In this document: in pieces, positions 8,975-20,253 of the stretch
Position numbering within the stretch: the stretch's first letter is position 1
Layout: each line of letters opens with the position of its first letter
Source of the DNA: a virus
Direction: 5' to 3' (one strand)
IMG/VR virus record: IMGVR_UViG_3300025030_000004
Coordinates: 64,001 to 128,000 of that record
DNA length: 64,000 nucleotides
Notes under the pieces: generated by a model
Told to the model about the DNA's origin: nothing
The model's input: the letters and a program-made list of their open reading frames with translations, nothing else
Databases searched by the model: none
Translations under genes and position numbers: made by a program

Positions 8975-10471
8975 TTACTTCACCTTACCTATATGCTTGA
9001 GCACAGAAATCAAAGTATCGTATCGATCTACCCCAGTTAAATGTAAGGTAATATTAGAGTTGAATTTTTGTCCTCCTATTTGAATCACTTCTTCATATGT
9101 TTCCAATATATCTTGTGTCATTTCACTTGCATCAATTGCTTTAATTTTAGTAAAGTCAGACAAATACATGGCTGCTCTAGCATCGGGTTCATATAGACTA
9201 AATATTATTTTCCCTTGTTTTTTAGGAACAATTTCCTTTTTAATCAACTCATATATTTGAATGATTTCCTGTCCGTAATTATTCCCCGGAACAGCCCATC
9301 TCCCATTTAAATCCTCCCAATTTGTGGCAACCCCTCTTGCAACTAAATCAAATCTAGGATCAACTTTTGCTAAATTAGATGGTAATGATTGTTTCGAAGC
9401 GTAAGCAAATAAATGTTCTAAATGTGCTAAAACACCTTCATCCTGAGAATTAAAGAATGTTCCACTTGCACCATTTCCTATTGCCCCAATTCCTGCATAA
9501 TTATTTTGATTTGATTTGACATCTCCACCGTAACGCAAATATGAAGTTTCTTTAATCATTTGAGCTACTGCGTAACCCCATTTGATTCCAAGTAATTCAC
9601 CATATTTTTTATAGAATGGAATAATGTTTGGCGCGTTAGGATTTACTTTTTTAATAAATTGATTACATTGTTCAATTGTTACAGTTTCAGTACCTAGAAT
9701 TGGAGTTTTTGGAGTAGATGGGGGCGGAACGCTTCCACCAATCACACCTAAATCAAAAATCTTACCATCTTTAACACATTCTAGAGTTACACTTTTACCT
9801 TTGAGATTTTCATTTGAGTAATTAATGCTTTTTTGTTTTCCAGTGAGGACAATTAATTGGACGTTATTTACTTTGATTCTAAATAATTCATTTTCATAGT
9901 TAGTTGAGAGAGGTGGAGTGGGGGATGGGGGAGAGGGTTGTTGTATTTGTTCGTTCCTTCGTTTGATTTCATTATTAATAGCAACAATTAATTGTTGCCA
10001 AGTTTTACCCATTCTTTGTAAATATCCATAGGGATCTGTGTGATTAACTCCTGCGTATAAAGACCTCAATCCATTATGCGACCACACATTGTCATCAACA
10101 TTCCAACCATGACGAATACAAACATCAGCAACGAGCCAAACGGTTTTATTCCAAACAATATTAAATTGATTTTTATCATTTGTTTCTGCCATCTCTATTC
10201 CTAACCATTCTCGATTCCCCTGCCAACTGCCTGTATGCCATGCTATTTCGTTTTCGGGAACGAATTGATAAATTTCATTTCCAATCCAATCTGCAATAAA
10301 ATGAACTGAAGATTGCCTATCTGCGCTGTTCCAATAATTATAATGATTAAGAGAAGTCGCTCCAATGTTGGCTGTGGAATGAATTGTAATTCCCTTTAAT
10401 TTAACAAATGGTTCTTTAGACCTATTTTTAGATATAAATTGTTGTTTAATATACATTGCATTCATCTCCAA
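8975..10471 (-). CDS. Endolysin: Amidase_2, glucosaminidase and C-terminal cell-wall-binding region
   Basis: ITIHSTA..SVHF..AWH..GIEM..HTDP; AQMIKET..NNYAGIGA..RWA; Pro-rich linkers; GVDRYDT. Confidence 0.9.
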   Translation of the reverse strand: MEMNAMYIKQQFISKNRSKEPFVKLKGITIHSTANIGATSLNHYNYWNSADRQSSVHFIADWIGNEIYQFVPENEIAWHTGSWQGNREWLGIEMAETNDKNQFNIVWNKTVWLVADVCIRHGWNVDDNVWSHNGLRSLYAGVNHTDPYGYLQRMGKTWQQLIVAINNEIKRRNEQIQQPSPPSPTPPLSTNYENELFRIKVNNVQLIVLTGKQKSINYSNENLKGKSVTLECVKDGKIFDLGVIGGSVPPPSTPKTPILGTETVTIEQCNQFIKKVNPNAPNIIPFYKKYGELLGIKWGYAVAQMIKETSYLRYGGDVKSNQNNYAGIGAIGNGASGTFFNSQDEGVLAHLEHLFAYASKQSLPSNLAKVDPRFDLVARGVATNWEDLNGRWAVPGNNYGQEIIQIYELIKKEIVPKKQGKIIFSLYEPDARAAMYLSDFTKIKAIDASEMTQDILETYEEVIQIGGQKFNSNITLHLTGVDRYDTLISVLKHIGKVK

Positions 10472-10573
10472 AAATTATTTATATTTTATGATTTTTAAGC
10501 AAAAGAAAAACACTAGATGATTTTTCCCTAGTGTCTATTTCTTGCGAAATAATTTTAAATTATTATATATTGT

Positions 10574-11563
10574 TTATTGCACAAAACATTTTTTATATGT
10601 ATGATTAACGTGATCATCTGTAACTTGACAATAAATTTGAGTGGTTTTTGGATCGCTATGCCCAAGAATATTTTGGACTGTACTTAAATCACAATTATTA
10701 TTTAGTAAAAGTGTTGCAGTTGTGCTCCGCATGACATGTGGGTGGAACTCTTTGTTTATTCCACAATTGTTTAATATTGTTTTAAATTCTCTTTGAATAC
10801 CACGTTTTGATAATCTTCTATATGGTTTTCTCTCTGTAATAAATAGAGCAGGGTCATTGTCCGTCCTAGAATTTATGTATTTTTTCATTTGAAATATTGC
10901 TTTATATCCAAAATACACATCTCTCTGTTTATCGCCTTTGCCAATTACTCTAATTTTCATATTTTGCCAATCAATATCCGTAAAACGATTAATATTATAA
11001 ATTTCTGATAACCGACACCCCGTAGCATAGAAAACTTCTATCATTGTTTTTTGGCGTGGTGTTTTACAAGACTCTCTGATCTGTTCTAATTCTTCTATTG
11101 TCAAGGCTTTAGGTAATCTCTTTTCTTTCTTTGGATTTTTTATTTTGCTAGTAGGGTCTGACAGAATTATTTCCTCATTCTTTAACCAACTTAAAAAACT
11201 TTTTAAAACAGATATTCGCCTAGACAATGAACTAGTTTTTAATTTATCCCACTTACTTAAATACATTCTAATATCATTAGTACTAATATCTTCGACTCTT
11301 TTCTGGACATGTTTTGCAAATATTGACAATTCTAATTTATAACTTTTTAATGTTAACTCACTTAACCCCTCTAATTTCTTACCTGATAAAAATAACTTAA
11401 TTTTTTCTTGTAAGTCCATACATTCATTCCTATATGGGGATATTATAGAGATATTATATTTGGTTAATATAGTATTTAGATTATGTAATTGGGACTCTGT
11501 ATTTATTAATGGAAAGTTCTCCATTATTTCTTGTTGTAATAGTTCATTGTAAATGTTTGGCAT
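10574..11563 (-). CDS. Tyrosine recombinase (XerC/D-like) next to the tail-fibre cassette
   Basis: ATGCRLSE, GKGDKQR, HPHVMRST, LGH..TTQIY; RBS aaagga favours ATG at 11563. Confidence 0.9.
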   Translation of the reverse strand: MPNIYNELLQQEIMENFPLINTESQLHNLNTILTKYNISIISPYRNECMDLQEKIKLFLSGKKLEGLSELTLKSYKLELSIFAKHVQKRVEDISTNDIRMYLSKWDKLKTSSLSRRISVLKSFLSWLKNEEIILSDPTSKIKNPKKEKRLPKALTIEELEQIRESCKTPRQKTMIEVFYATGCRLSEIYNINRFTDIDWQNMKIRVIGKGDKQRDVYFGYKAIFQMKKYINSRTDNDPALFITERKPYRRLSKRGIQREFKTILNNCGINKEFHPHVMRSTTATLLLNNNCDLSTVQNILGHSDPKTTQIYCQVTDDHVNHTYKKCFVQ

Positions 11564-11587
11564 AGCACTGTCTCCTTTCTCATAAAA

Positions 11588-11616
11588 AGTATACCATACT
11601 ATGCCATCAATTACAA
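11588..11616 (-). promoter_or_regulatory. sigmaA promoter of the recombinase
   Basis: TTGTAA-17 nt-TATACT with TG extension on minus strand. Confidence 0.6.
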
Positions 11617-11656
11617 ACAAACTAAAAATAATTAATTATCACTTAGTGAACTACAT

Positions 11657-11674
11657 GCGTCTATTATGCAACAA
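11657..11674 (+). repeat. Putative recombination site B (inverted relative to site A)
   Basis: gcgtctattatgcaacaa, 12/18 identical to the minus-strand site at 13140-13157. Confidence 0.45.
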
Positions 11675-11801
11675 TTGGATTTCCGTTATCATCAAGTCCG
11701 AGCGCCAACAAGTCCTCGTGAACCGCTGCCTGATACTTCGTTGGAATTTGAACAAAAGTTCTTCTCCCGCTTATGATTAACGCAACATATAAATCTACCA
11801 C
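11664..11801 (-). CDS. Small CD1375/XkdX-like tail-associated protein (45 aa, not in ORF track)
   Basis: RBS aggaggg plus GTG; MVDLYVALIISGRRTFVQIPTKYQAAVHEDLLALGLDDNGNPIVA. Confidence 0.7.
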   Translation of the reverse strand: MVDLYVALIISGRRTFVQIPTKYQAAVHEDLLALGLDDNGNPIVA

Positions 11802-11835
11802 ACTAATCCCTCCTGTTAATTTTTTAATTAGCCAA

Positions 11836-11937
11836 TTAAGCATTCAGCATCGCTTGCACTTCGGCACGATACTTCTCTGGTATTTGCTCGATTGTACGCC
11901 TGTTTTCCATGACTAACCGATAATACATTTCTACCAT
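11836..11937 (-). CDS. Small CD1375/XkdX-like protein (33 aa, not in ORF track)
   Basis: MVEMYYRLVMENRRTIEQIPEKYRAEVQAMLNA; paralog of the neighbouring small ORF. Confidence 0.7.
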   Translation of the reverse strand: MVEMYYRLVMENRRTIEQIPEKYRAEVQAMLNA

Positions 11938-11938
11938 T

Positions 11939-12211
11939 TTATACCGTCCCTTTCGCAAGCATATCTTCATACATTGTGGCGAGTACATCCATCATGATAA
12001 GATTATCCTGTTTTAATGATTCGACTTGTTCCTCTAATGTTAGTGTTGGTGTAAATGGAATAGGCTCTGGAGTGATGAAGGCTCCGTTTTCTTGCATGAT
12101 TTGTCCTACTTCTCCGAAATTGGATTGGATTTCATTTTCTTGAAAAATATAATGTTCAAGTACCTGTTTAGTTTCTGTCACTTCATTGTTAATAACTTTA
12201 ATAACTCTCAT
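11939..12211 (-). CDS. Tail-fibre assembly chaperone-like protein
   Basis: TLEEQVESLKQDNLIMMDVLATMYE C-terminus; follows tail fibre; RBS ggagg. Confidence 0.6.
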   Translation of the reverse strand: MRVIKVINNEVTETKQVLEHYIFQENEIQSNFGEVGQIMQENGAFITPEPIPFTPTLTLEEQVESLKQDNLIMMDVLATMYEDMLAKGTV

Positions 12212-12221
12212 GTCAACCCTC

Positions 12222-13310
12222 CTAGTAGAATTCGATTAGTTGCCATTTAACGTTTAGGTTGCTAGTAGTACCGATTACAAAAGTTAAGGTCGTTCCATTG
12301 GTAATTGTTGCCCTAAGTAATACTTCTGGGAAAGACCCGGCGGTACCTGGTATTGCAGACACAAATAACAAAGATTTTAATGGGTCAACGTTACTAACAG
12401 TTACAGTTCCCGTCAACGCTAATAAGTAGCTACCAGTTTGTAAACTTTTTACATTATAAAATTCAACAACTGTCCAATTAACTGTATGCGTATCTGATGA
12501 CGTACCAGTTTTCCTTGTAATTGTTAGGGTTGTCGAATCTGTTATTACAGCAGCATAACTTGAATCGGCCGCATCTGGAGTCGTGTTACTGGTGAAGCTA
12601 TAATTTATCATTACAACCGCTTTTGTTAAGTCTACGGCTGCAAGAGTTACCACCTGTGTCGCGGTTGCCGCGAACGCAACTGATCCCCTCTGAATGCTTT
12701 TAATGTTACTATACGTTCCTGTTACTGGATTTTTAGGATCTGTCGTGTATGCAGTTTTACCTAAAACGATGTCTGCAGCGGTTGCCGTCCCTGTTAAGGC
12801 TAAAGTACCAGTAATATCACCTGCATCCGTACTCGCTGTTTTACCAGAGAGAAGGTCGGATGCTGTGGCATTTCCACTTGCCCCTTCACCCTGTAATATA
12901 AAATTTGTACCATCGTACCTCAGCGTATAAATCCCTGCGGCTTTTAGATTCGTCGCATCAGTTCCATTTGCTTTTTTAATGCCCTTTGCGCCTTTGCCAT
13001 TCCAATTTAATGTGCTTGCCCCTGTGCTATCTAAGTTGAATTTAACACTTACTGCCATTCCTGTCGTGAGTGCTGCTATCGTTGGCGTTGCTATTGCGTA
13101 AGTGTTAGCTGCGCCAGTGGTTACCCCAGCGTAGGGTACTTGTAGCGTATAATCCGCCTTTTCTACATTAAAGTTTGTTACTATTTCTTGTAAAGCACCT
13201 TCAACATCTGTGGCAGTAATTATATTTCCTGCATCTTGAATACTTACTTTATTGGCATCAGTACCGACAACTTCCCAAACAGTACCGTTCCAATACTTTT
13301 GTTTTGCCAT
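12222..13310 (-). CDS. Tail fibre / receptor-binding protein
   Basis: Thr/Ala/Gly-rich; YDGTNFILQG, GNATASDLLSGKTA, IKSIQRG motifs. Confidence 0.75.
   Translation of the reverse strand: MAKQKYWNGTVWEVVGTDANKVSIQDAGNIITATDVEGALQEIVTNFNVEKADYTLQVPYAGVTTGAANTYAIATPTIAALTTGMAVSVKFNLDSTGASTLNWNGKGAKGIKKANGTDATNLKAAGIYTLRYDGTNFILQGEGASGNATASDLLSGKTASTDAGDITGTLALTGTATAADIVLGKTAYTTDPKNPVTGTYSNIKSIQRGSVAFAATATQVVTLAAVDLTKAVVMINYSFTSNTTPDAADSSYAAVITDSTTLTITRKTGTSSDTHTVNWTVVEFYNVKSLQTGSYLLALTGTVTVSNVDPLKSLLFVSAIPGTAGSFPEVLLRATITNGTTLTFVIGTTSNLNVKWQLIEFY
13140..13157 (-). repeat. Putative recombination site A inside the tail-fibre gene
   Basis: gcggattatacgctacaa (codons ADYTLQ) at the point where GC content visibly rises. 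Confidence 0.45.
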
Positions 13311-14104
13311 TAGCTCGCCTCCCTAAATAAATCTATGGGAATTTTATATTTAAGAGATTCTGGTATCTCTTTTAATAAATAAAAGTAATATCCACCTGCT
13401 TGATTTAGTTGTTTTTTAAGACATTTACCAATAGTTGAACGATTTACTTTTAAATCACTAGCACAAATTACTTGGTTATTCCAGATACCTATGAATCCAC
13501 CATCTAAATCAAAAACAGCAAACTCCTTTAAAATTGTTCGCTGAATCATCGATTGTAACTTTTCGTCTGTAAATTCATCTTTAAATATTAATACTTTTCT
13601 TTTAACTGAGTTTTTCCCTTTAATCCCTAACAATACATTATTTACTGACGATATACATACCCCAATTTCTTCCGCAAACTTAGTCTGAGAAAAAGCACTC
13701 TTAATGAAATTGCATTCTAAATCAAACACCAGAAACTCTCTGCCTCCATGCATCATGGATAATCCATCTGCATTATCATTGGTTGTTTTATTGAATTGAC
13801 CACCTACAGTCATGTTATATCCATTAACACCATAGCAATTATAATAATCAATCCAATATAATTCTTTCTCATCGAGTTCTTCTTGATTTTCTGCTATATC
13901 AATTATTGCCCATTCAAATGCATCTTCACCATATTTACTAATTGCAAGATGGAAAGCATATTTACTTTCATTATTAGCTTGACTTATATGCTCTTTCTTT
14001 CTTCTATTTAATCCTCTAATTGTTTGCCCTATGTACCGTTTATCATTAACCGTATTTGTTGCACAATAAATAATTCCATATACATTACTTTTATTTACAT
14101 TCAA
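13310..14104 (-). CDS. GIY-YIG homing endonuclease
   Basis: GIIYCATN..RYIGQT..R..EH..E..WI..GYN. Confidence 0.85.
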   Translation of the reverse strand: MNVNKSNVYGIIYCATNTVNDKRYIGQTIRGLNRRKKEHISQANNESKYAFHLAISKYGEDAFEWAIIDIAENQEELDEKELYWIDYYNCYGVNGYNMTVGGQFNKTTNDNADGLSMMHGGREFLVFDLECNFIKSAFSQTKFAEEIGVCISSVNNVLLGIKGKNSVKRKVLIFKDEFTDEKLQSMIQRTILKEFAVFDLDGGFIGIWNNQVICASDLKVNRSTIGKCLKKQLNQAGGYYFYLLKEIPESLKYKIPIDLFREAS

Positions 14105-14190
14105 TACACATCACATCCCTTCAAAAATAAATTCAAAAAGAGTACATGAAAGTACTCTTTTATCCTAAAATTAATTTTAAATTGTTATTT

Positions 14191-17100
14191 TTAGTTTAGA
14201 TCAATCCAAATGTCGTTTGTAATTGGATTACTTGGAGCGACAGTCCCAACCGTAAAATCATGACCATTAATTTTTTCTGCATTGTCAACTATTCCATTTA
14301 GGTTCAGGTCATAAACTGATTTTGTCATATCTCCTGCCCCTAAGGCAGTTACAGTATTTTGCACAAAAGCAGTAGTGGCTAATTGTGTTGTATTTGTTCC
14401 CGTGGTTGCTGTTGGGGCGGTTGGAATACCAGTAAATACAGGAGAGCCTAAATCCGCTTTAAATGAATCATATGAATAAAGTCTTAACCTCCCTCCTTTA
14501 TACTCATATATGGGGTGATCGCCGATCAATCTCATTGTGGCATATGTGTCACCCATAAAACCTAAGAAAATATATACTTTCCCATTTTCTGAAGATGGTA
14601 GTGTCTGAGTTATCCATGCGGTAGAACCAGCTATCCCTGCCCCATCCAATACGAAATTACCATTGGCATTCATAGTGCCTACTAAATAAACTGGTCTATA
14701 TGCAGTAGCCCAGCCACTCGGATTATTAATCGTATAGTGAAAATTACTGTAATAATATTCGCTCCATAGATAGCCCCCTCCACCGTTGGCATTAGCGAGT
14801 AGATCTGTTGAAGTTCCGTGATATAGTATCGTGCCACCTAACTTAAATTCAGCAGATGATACAGTCTTGGTTGTAGCCGTAGTCCCTTCTAGTGTTAACG
14901 GATAGAACTTACCATCAATGCCCTCCATTACAAACTGATATCCATACATCGTTGTTCCAGCAGTAATGTTATTCTGCCAACGCATTTCATAGTCGGACGT
15001 TGAATCATAATCAGAACCCTCTGTCATGAAAGAGCCGCCATTAAGTGTTTCGGAATAAATTAACAAAAGTATAGAATTTGGTTGATAATGTGTGGTCAAT
15101 TTAGAATTTGAATACCTATAAATAGTTTTAGCACCTAATCCATTAATATCTAATGTAGTTGTTGTTGCTCCTGCAATTGGTACTTTATATAGAATAGCTA
15201 ATCCATCATAGTATGAAGTTATGACTGCTTCAGTAGCAAGCCAAGTTCCAGCTACAGTCCCAGTACCATTTATAAAATATGGCGTTACACCTACAGTTAT
15301 ATCTGCTCCAGTATGAGTATGAATAGAAGATGCTTTTCCGTCCAAAGTTGTTTGAAGATTATCAACATTTGAAATGACATGGTTATGGGAGTCATCTACT
15401 ACGGTTGCAGTTAAAGTGCCACTACCCAAATCGGTTAATGTTACACTACCAGTTAAATCCCCTCCAAGAGTAATTGTAGGATCTGGTTTGTTTGTTGCGT
15501 TATTAAAATCTAAGTAGTATGAACCCTCCTGATCATCTAGTTCGTCAGCGTTTAAGTTTGTTACTTTAGATGTTGATGTTATAGTTAGTGTATCGGTATA
15601 TGTATTTGACCAGTAATAAGAAGGATCTCCTAGAGTGTATAAACTATCTGTGTAAGGATATATATTTCCATAAACAGAAGAACCGCCTTTTGATATAAAT
15701 GTTTCTTTTAATCCCTCAGAACCATAATTTAATACTCCTATTTGTGCTATTCTAAATCCAGTTGCAGTTACCCAATCACTAAAAGTTAATCTTACTTTAT
15801 TAAATCCAGTTCCGTTGTTATGACTAAATGTTATGAAATATTCTCCTCTACCATTTCCTGTAACGGTAGCCTTATTTGTCCAATCTACTTCTCCGTTATT
15901 TGGGTTCATTACATCAACTGTAATGTTTCTTGATCTCCAAGCAGAAGCACCAAACGCAATGTATATAGTATTAGTCCATGTAAAAGTTTTGTGTAAAACT
16001 AATTCTATTGAAATTGAAGTGACACCTGTTGGATTGATTGCCCAATATGAAGGAGAACCATCAAACACATTGTTTAAATCAGTACTTTGTAATACACCAT
16101 CATAATATACTGATGCGCTACCGCCTCTTTTTAACAAAAATGCAATATCATTGTTTATGAATGGAATAATAGCTTTTCCATTTTCTGGGTGCGTGTCAAT
16201 ATATATTTGAGAATCAGTATATCCGCTACCAAAATACTCTGGATCAATATTTGTTACAGGAATAATAATATTTGATGAACCATCAAATGAAGTGGCAGTT
16301 CCAGTAGCACCACCACTCATAGCTATAGTTCTAGCGGTCGTTAATTTTGAAGCACTTAAAACATTTTTAGCTGAATCAGCAATATTGTCTGCTGATCCTA
16401 AACCAACTTGAGATTTAGTAACTGAGTGAGGATTTGATGAATTACTAGTATGAGAAGTTAATGTTGTTAGATTATCGGATATTTGTTTTTGTAATTTGCC
16501 TAAAGCACCAAGAATTGTATCAGTAGTAGTTATAATAGCATTTGTGGCTGTAGATAATCCTGTTAAAACCGTTGATAAAACTGTTGAAGCAAAATCTGAT
16601 ATTTTAGATGAAGTTGTTGTTCCTGTTAGATTACCAATATTTATATTTGACTCAACTACATCTAAAGTGGGATTTCCTGCAACTCCAGCAGGATTTGTTA
16701 TGCTTAATTTAGTAGAACCTACAGCTATATTTCTTTTTGTAAAAGTATCTGTTCCTGTTTCTACTACTAAACCTGTTGTAGTGTCTAACCCTGCAAGAGC
16801 AGTAAGGGTAGCATCACTTGTTTGTTTCCCGTTTAATTGAGTTTGAATAGCAGAAGTAACTCCACTAACATACCCTAATTCTGTTGAAGTTACTGCACTT
16901 GTAGCAACCTTACCGCTAGAATCTGAAACCAACGCTTTACTAATAGTTAAATTAGAAGAAGTTATTGAAGTTGCTCCACCTGTAATTGTATTTTGTTTGG
17001 ATGTATCAGAAGGATGAACGTGATCTGCCCTTGGAATATTACTAGAAGTCCCTACTGAAACATTTCCATCCATTTTCATATTAGTTGTGGATGTTTCAAA

Positions 17101-20100
17101 ATTTTGATTAAAAGCAGTTAGTTTTGTAATTGTAGGTTCAGCTCCAATAGAAGCAGGAGATATAGGGTCAGAACCTCCTATAGCATGTGTAGACGCATGA
17201 ATATAATCTATCACATTCATCACACTAATATAATCAACTAACACTTTATCATTTTCTTCAACTCCACCATCTAAAGTTATACTAGTGGTAGAAGTTTCAG
17301 TAAATGAAGTATTTGGTTGTCTAGTACCATTAATATACACTTGTACTCTATTAGTACCAATATTATATATACCCTGTGTAAGAGTAAATAAAGTTTGTCC
17401 TGCCGAAGCAGTAAACTCTTCAGAATGTTGAATCACAACATAATCACTACCAGTTATACCAGATAATAAATTTTGTTTTGTTATTTTTTTATATGCCAAA
17501 TTAGTAGAATCATAAATTAATATCTCATCAGTATTCACAGAAGATAATAATTCGGTTAAATTATAAAAATCATCATCAAGTGGTCTACTTACGAGAGATG
17601 TATAATTTTTTTCTGCTAAATTTGCAAGATTATGATTATGTGTAGTTGCAGATTTACTGTCTAATGCTGTCTGTAAACTATCAACATTACTAATTACATG
17701 ATTATGTGAATCATCTACAACTGCTACAGTAAGTGTTCCTGAACCTAAATCTGTAAGTGTAACACTACCTGTTGCATCTCCTGTAAGAGTAATAACTGGA
17801 TCTGGTTTGTTGGTAACATTAGTCCAATCTTGATAATATGAACCATGTTGTCCATCAAGTAAATCAGAGTCCAAACCTGATGTGGTACCGTCAACTGTTA
17901 ATAACTTTGTCAAAATTCCACTGGCAGAATCATTAATCCCGAAAGAGATATTTGAATACCATATAGTAGAACCTGCCACGTCTCTGTTGTTTAGAAATAA
18001 TAATTTTACGTATGCCGTAGCGGGGGTAAAATTATTATAATTGTCTGCATTAATCCCACCACTAACAACTCCACTAATAGTGTCGGTATAATTTGTCCAT
18101 ACTGAAGGAACAACAGAATTGACTGCGCCAATATAAATATAGGAAGATCCTGAACTACCATTACTAATCGGTGTACCTACAGGCTTAGTTACTCCACTCC
18201 AAGGCACTTTAAGAGTTATTGAATTAGTATCATAGTTAACTGCCCCATCACTCCATGTATCATACCCAGAGTAATTTCTGCTATAGGTTTCAGGTGGGTA
18301 TAAATAACCCCCTGCATTACTATAATCCCAAGTTATAAATGAGCGATTATGGGTACTTGATCCTTGAGCATTTTGCCAATTGGCAGCACTTGTTAAATAT
18401 AATACTGTGTCACCAGGTTTCAATTCTTGCGCTAACATAGTTAAAGTATTTGGGAAATACATGTAATGATAAGCGGATATAGGGTTTTTGTCCACGTCAG
18501 AACATGATATTCCTGTGTAATATTTAGCTCCAACACTGGGGTATGTTTTGGCGTAAACGCTTAGACTGTAAGACAACATTGGGTTTACGGGTATGAACTC
18601 ATCAGAATATCTTGTCGCATTGTAGGTACTATCCTTAAAAGAACCACCAGCCCCATATGCATCAGACTTGTCTAAAATAAAAGCGCTAAAATTAGTATTA
18701 TTGCCAAGTAAGGCCGTTCCGTTGGTTACTAAATTTTGCCCCCTCGATGCTACATAATCATAGATATCTGTTAATTGTTTCCCATCCAATAAATCGGAAT
18801 CTAACCCACTACCACTACCATCGACAGTTTTTATCTTAGTTAAAACATCGCTTGCGGTATAGGATGAAGAATCCAACTTGCCATTAATTGCCGTTTGTGT
18901 TGCTGTGCTGATTGGTTTATCAAGATCTGTTGTATTATCTACATTAGACAATCCAACCGCTGTTTTATCAAGCGCTTGCCAAGTTTTGTCTCCCCTCCAA
19001 TATTGAGAGGTTGTTCCTGCTGTAATTGTTGACTCTTTAGTAGAATCAGCAATCGTTACATTAGCCGTACCATCAAATGAAACTCCATTGATTGTTCTTG
19101 CTGTCGTTAATTTAGTAGCACTCAAGACACTTTTAGTAGAATCAGAAGTATTATCCGCTAAACTCAATCCTACTTGCGATTTAGTTACGCTATGGGGATT
19201 TGAACTATTAGAAGTATGATTAGTTAAAGTTGTTAGATTATCACTAATTTGTTTTTGCAATTTACCTAAAGCTGTCAAAACCGTATCGGTTGCTGTAATC
19301 ACAGCATTAGTGGTTGTCACCAATCCTGTTAAAATAGTTGCTCTAACTGTAGTGGCGAAATCTGAAATTGTAGAAGCTAACTGAGTGCCAGTGTGATTTG
19401 CTCTATCTCTATCAGTTGTGTGATAATGCCCAGAAACATCTCCGCTTAACGCACTTTGTTTGGCATTCCAAGTTGATTTCTCTGTATCGGTTACAAAACG
19501 ATTTGAGGCATCTTGGCTAATAATGGAGGGAGGATGATTGGCAGGGTGAATATACACAGTATCAGTAAATAAAGCCCCTACAGGTACGTTGGTCAAAACT
19601 TGACTATCGTCCACCTTCCCATCAAGTGCTGTTTGTAACCCATCTACATTTGATATAATGTGATTGTGAGAGTCATCATTTATAGATACATTACCGCTAA
19701 CATCTATTGTAATATCAGTGCCAGATTTAATACCTCCTAATACAATAGCCGTAGCAACAGGCAAGGAATAATTGTTAGCATTATCTTCAATTCCACTTAA
19801 TTTTGTTTGTTCGGCAGTTGTATATGAAGCAGTAGTATTGTCTAGGATTGTTTGATTTAAATGGGAATGTTTTTTAGCTACAGAATCATCAATATTGGCA
19901 GGAGTCGAAGTTGGTTTTCCTGTAATGTCAGACCAAGCAACTGATATCCCACTATTGCCATAAAAATCTTGAGTGGTATCTACGAATGCTTGAGAAAAAT
20001 CACCATTTGGTAGTTCAATATTTACGACTTCCCCGACAGTAGGGGATAGTCCTGCACGAACTTTTATATTAGAATATGTCTCGTCATTTAATACAATATC

Positions 20101-20235
20101 AACAGTACCATCAACATTTAATGTTTGTATAACTGCTTTTTTCTTTTTATTAAATTCAGCTTTATTTAATGCTGAATCAATCATTATAGACATTACATTA
20201 AACAAATCTTTAGCTTGTTTTATTTTATCTGACAA
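14191..20235 (-). CDS. Giant modular tail fibre/tail protein (2014 aa)
   Basis: Thr/Ser-rich with internal repeats ([55 protein letters not shown]). Confidence 0.8.
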   Translation of the reverse strand: MSDKIKQAKDLFNVMSIMIDSALNKAEFNKKKKAVIQTLNVDGTVDIVLNDETYSNIKVRAGLSPTVGEVVNIELPNGDFSQAFVDTTQDFYGNSGISVAWSDITGKPTSTPANIDDSVAKKHSHLNQTILDNTTASYTTAEQTKLSGIEDNANNYSLPVATAIVLGGIKSGTDITIDVSGNVSINDDSHNHIISNVDGLQTALDGKVDDSQVLTNVPVGALFTDTVYIHPANHPPSIISQDASNRFVTDTEKSTWNAKQSALSGDVSGHYHTTDRDRANHTGTQLASTISDFATTVRATILTGLVTTTNAVITATDTVLTALGKLQKQISDNLTTLTNHTSNSSNPHSVTKSQVGLSLADNTSDSTKSVLSATKLTTARTINGVSFDGTANVTIADSTKESTITAGTTSQYWRGDKTWQALDKTAVGLSNVDNTTDLDKPISTATQTAINGKLDSSSYTASDVLTKIKTVDGSGSGLDSDLLDGKQLTDIYDYVASRGQNLVTNGTALLGNNTNFSAFILDKSDAYGAGGSFKDSTYNATRYSDEFIPVNPMLSYSLSVYAKTYPSVGAKYYTGISCSDVDKNPISAYHYMYFPNTLTMLAQELKPGDTVLYLTSAANWQNAQGSSTHNRSFITWDYSNAGGYLYPPETYSRNYSGYDTWSDGAVNYDTNSITLKVPWSGVTKPVGTPISNGSSGSSYIYIGAVNSVVPSVWTNYTDTISGVVSGGINADNYNNFTPATAYVKLLFLNNRDVAGSTIWYSNISFGINDSASGILTKLLTVDGTTSGLDSDLLDGQHGSYYQDWTNVTNKPDPVITLTGDATGSVTLTDLGSGTLTVAVVDDSHNHVISNVDSLQTALDSKSATTHNHNLANLAEKNYTSLVSRPLDDDFYNLTELLSSVNTDEILIYDSTNLAYKKITKQNLLSGITGSDYVVIQHSEEFTASAGQTLFTLTQGIYNIGTNRVQVYINGTRQPNTSFTETSTTSITLDGGVEENDKVLVDYISVMNVIDYIHASTHAIGGSDPISPASIGAEPTITKLTAFNQNFETSTTNMKMDGNVSVGTSSNIPRADHVHPSDTSKQNTITGGATSITSSNLTISKALVSDSSGKVATSAVTSTELGYVSGVTSAIQTQLNGKQTSDATLTALAGLDTTTGLVVETGTDTFTKRNIAVGSTKLSITNPAGVAGNPTLDVVESNINIGNLTGTTTSSKISDFASTVLSTVLTGLSTATNAIITTTDTILGALGKLQKQISDNLTTLTSHTSNSSNPHSVTKSQVGLGSADNIADSAKNVLSASKLTTARTIAMSGGATGTATSFDGSSNIIIPVTNIDPEYFGSGYTDSQIYIDTHPENGKAIIPFINNDIAFLLKRGGSASVYYDGVLQSTDLNNVFDGSPSYWAINPTGVTSISIELVLHKTFTWTNTIYIAFGASAWRSRNITVDVMNPNNGEVDWTNKATVTGNGRGEYFITFSHNNGTGFNKVRLTFSDWVTATGFRIAQIGVLNYGSEGLKETFISKGGSSVYGNIYPYTDSLYTLGDPSYYWSNTYTDTLTITSTSKVTNLNADELDDQEGSYYLDFNNATNKPDPTITLGGDLTGSVTLTDLGSGTLTATVVDDSHNHVISNVDNLQTTLDGKASSIHTHTGADITVGVTPYFINGTGTVAGTWLATEAVITSYYDGLAILYKVPIAGATTTTLDINGLGAKTIYRYSNSKLTTHYQPNSILLLIYSETLNGGSFMTEGSDYDSTSDYEMRWQNNITAGTTMYGYQFVMEGIDGKFYPLTLEGTTATTKTVSSAEFKLGGTILYHGTSTDLLANANGGGGYLWSEYYYSNFHYTINNPSGWATAYRPVYLVGTMNANGNFVLDGAGIAGSTAWITQTLPSSENGKVYIFLGFMGDTYATMRLIGDHPIYEYKGGRLRLYSYDSFKADLGSPVFTGIPTAPTATTGTNTTQLATTAFVQNTVTALGAGDMTKSVYDLNLNGIVDNAEKINGHDFTVGTVAPSNPITNDIWIDLN
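15335..17830 (-). repeat. Second duplicated block in tail fibre (about 15335-15500 and 17655-17830; partial copy near 19615-19685)
   Basis: [45 protein letters not shown]. Confidence 0.85.
16325..19370 (-). repeat. Duplicated ~90-codon block in tail fibre (about 16325-16605 and 19090-19370)
   Basis: [52 protein letters not shown] occurs twice. Confidence 0.85.
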
Positions 20236-20253
20236 TCATTTTCACCTCCTAAC

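Noticed and set aside
14136-14161. Eighth member of the palindromic-loop leader family
   Set aside because: Simple terminator-like hairpin with a non-palindromic loop and no guide arm.
13310-14190. Group I intron joining the two fibre genes
   Set aside because: Only ~86 nt of non-coding DNA on one side and a stop/start overlap on the other; no room for a catalytic core.
12222-20235. Diversity-generating retroelement acting on tail fibres
   Set aside because: No reverse transcriptase in the window, and the fibre repeats do not show adenine-specific TR/VR differences.
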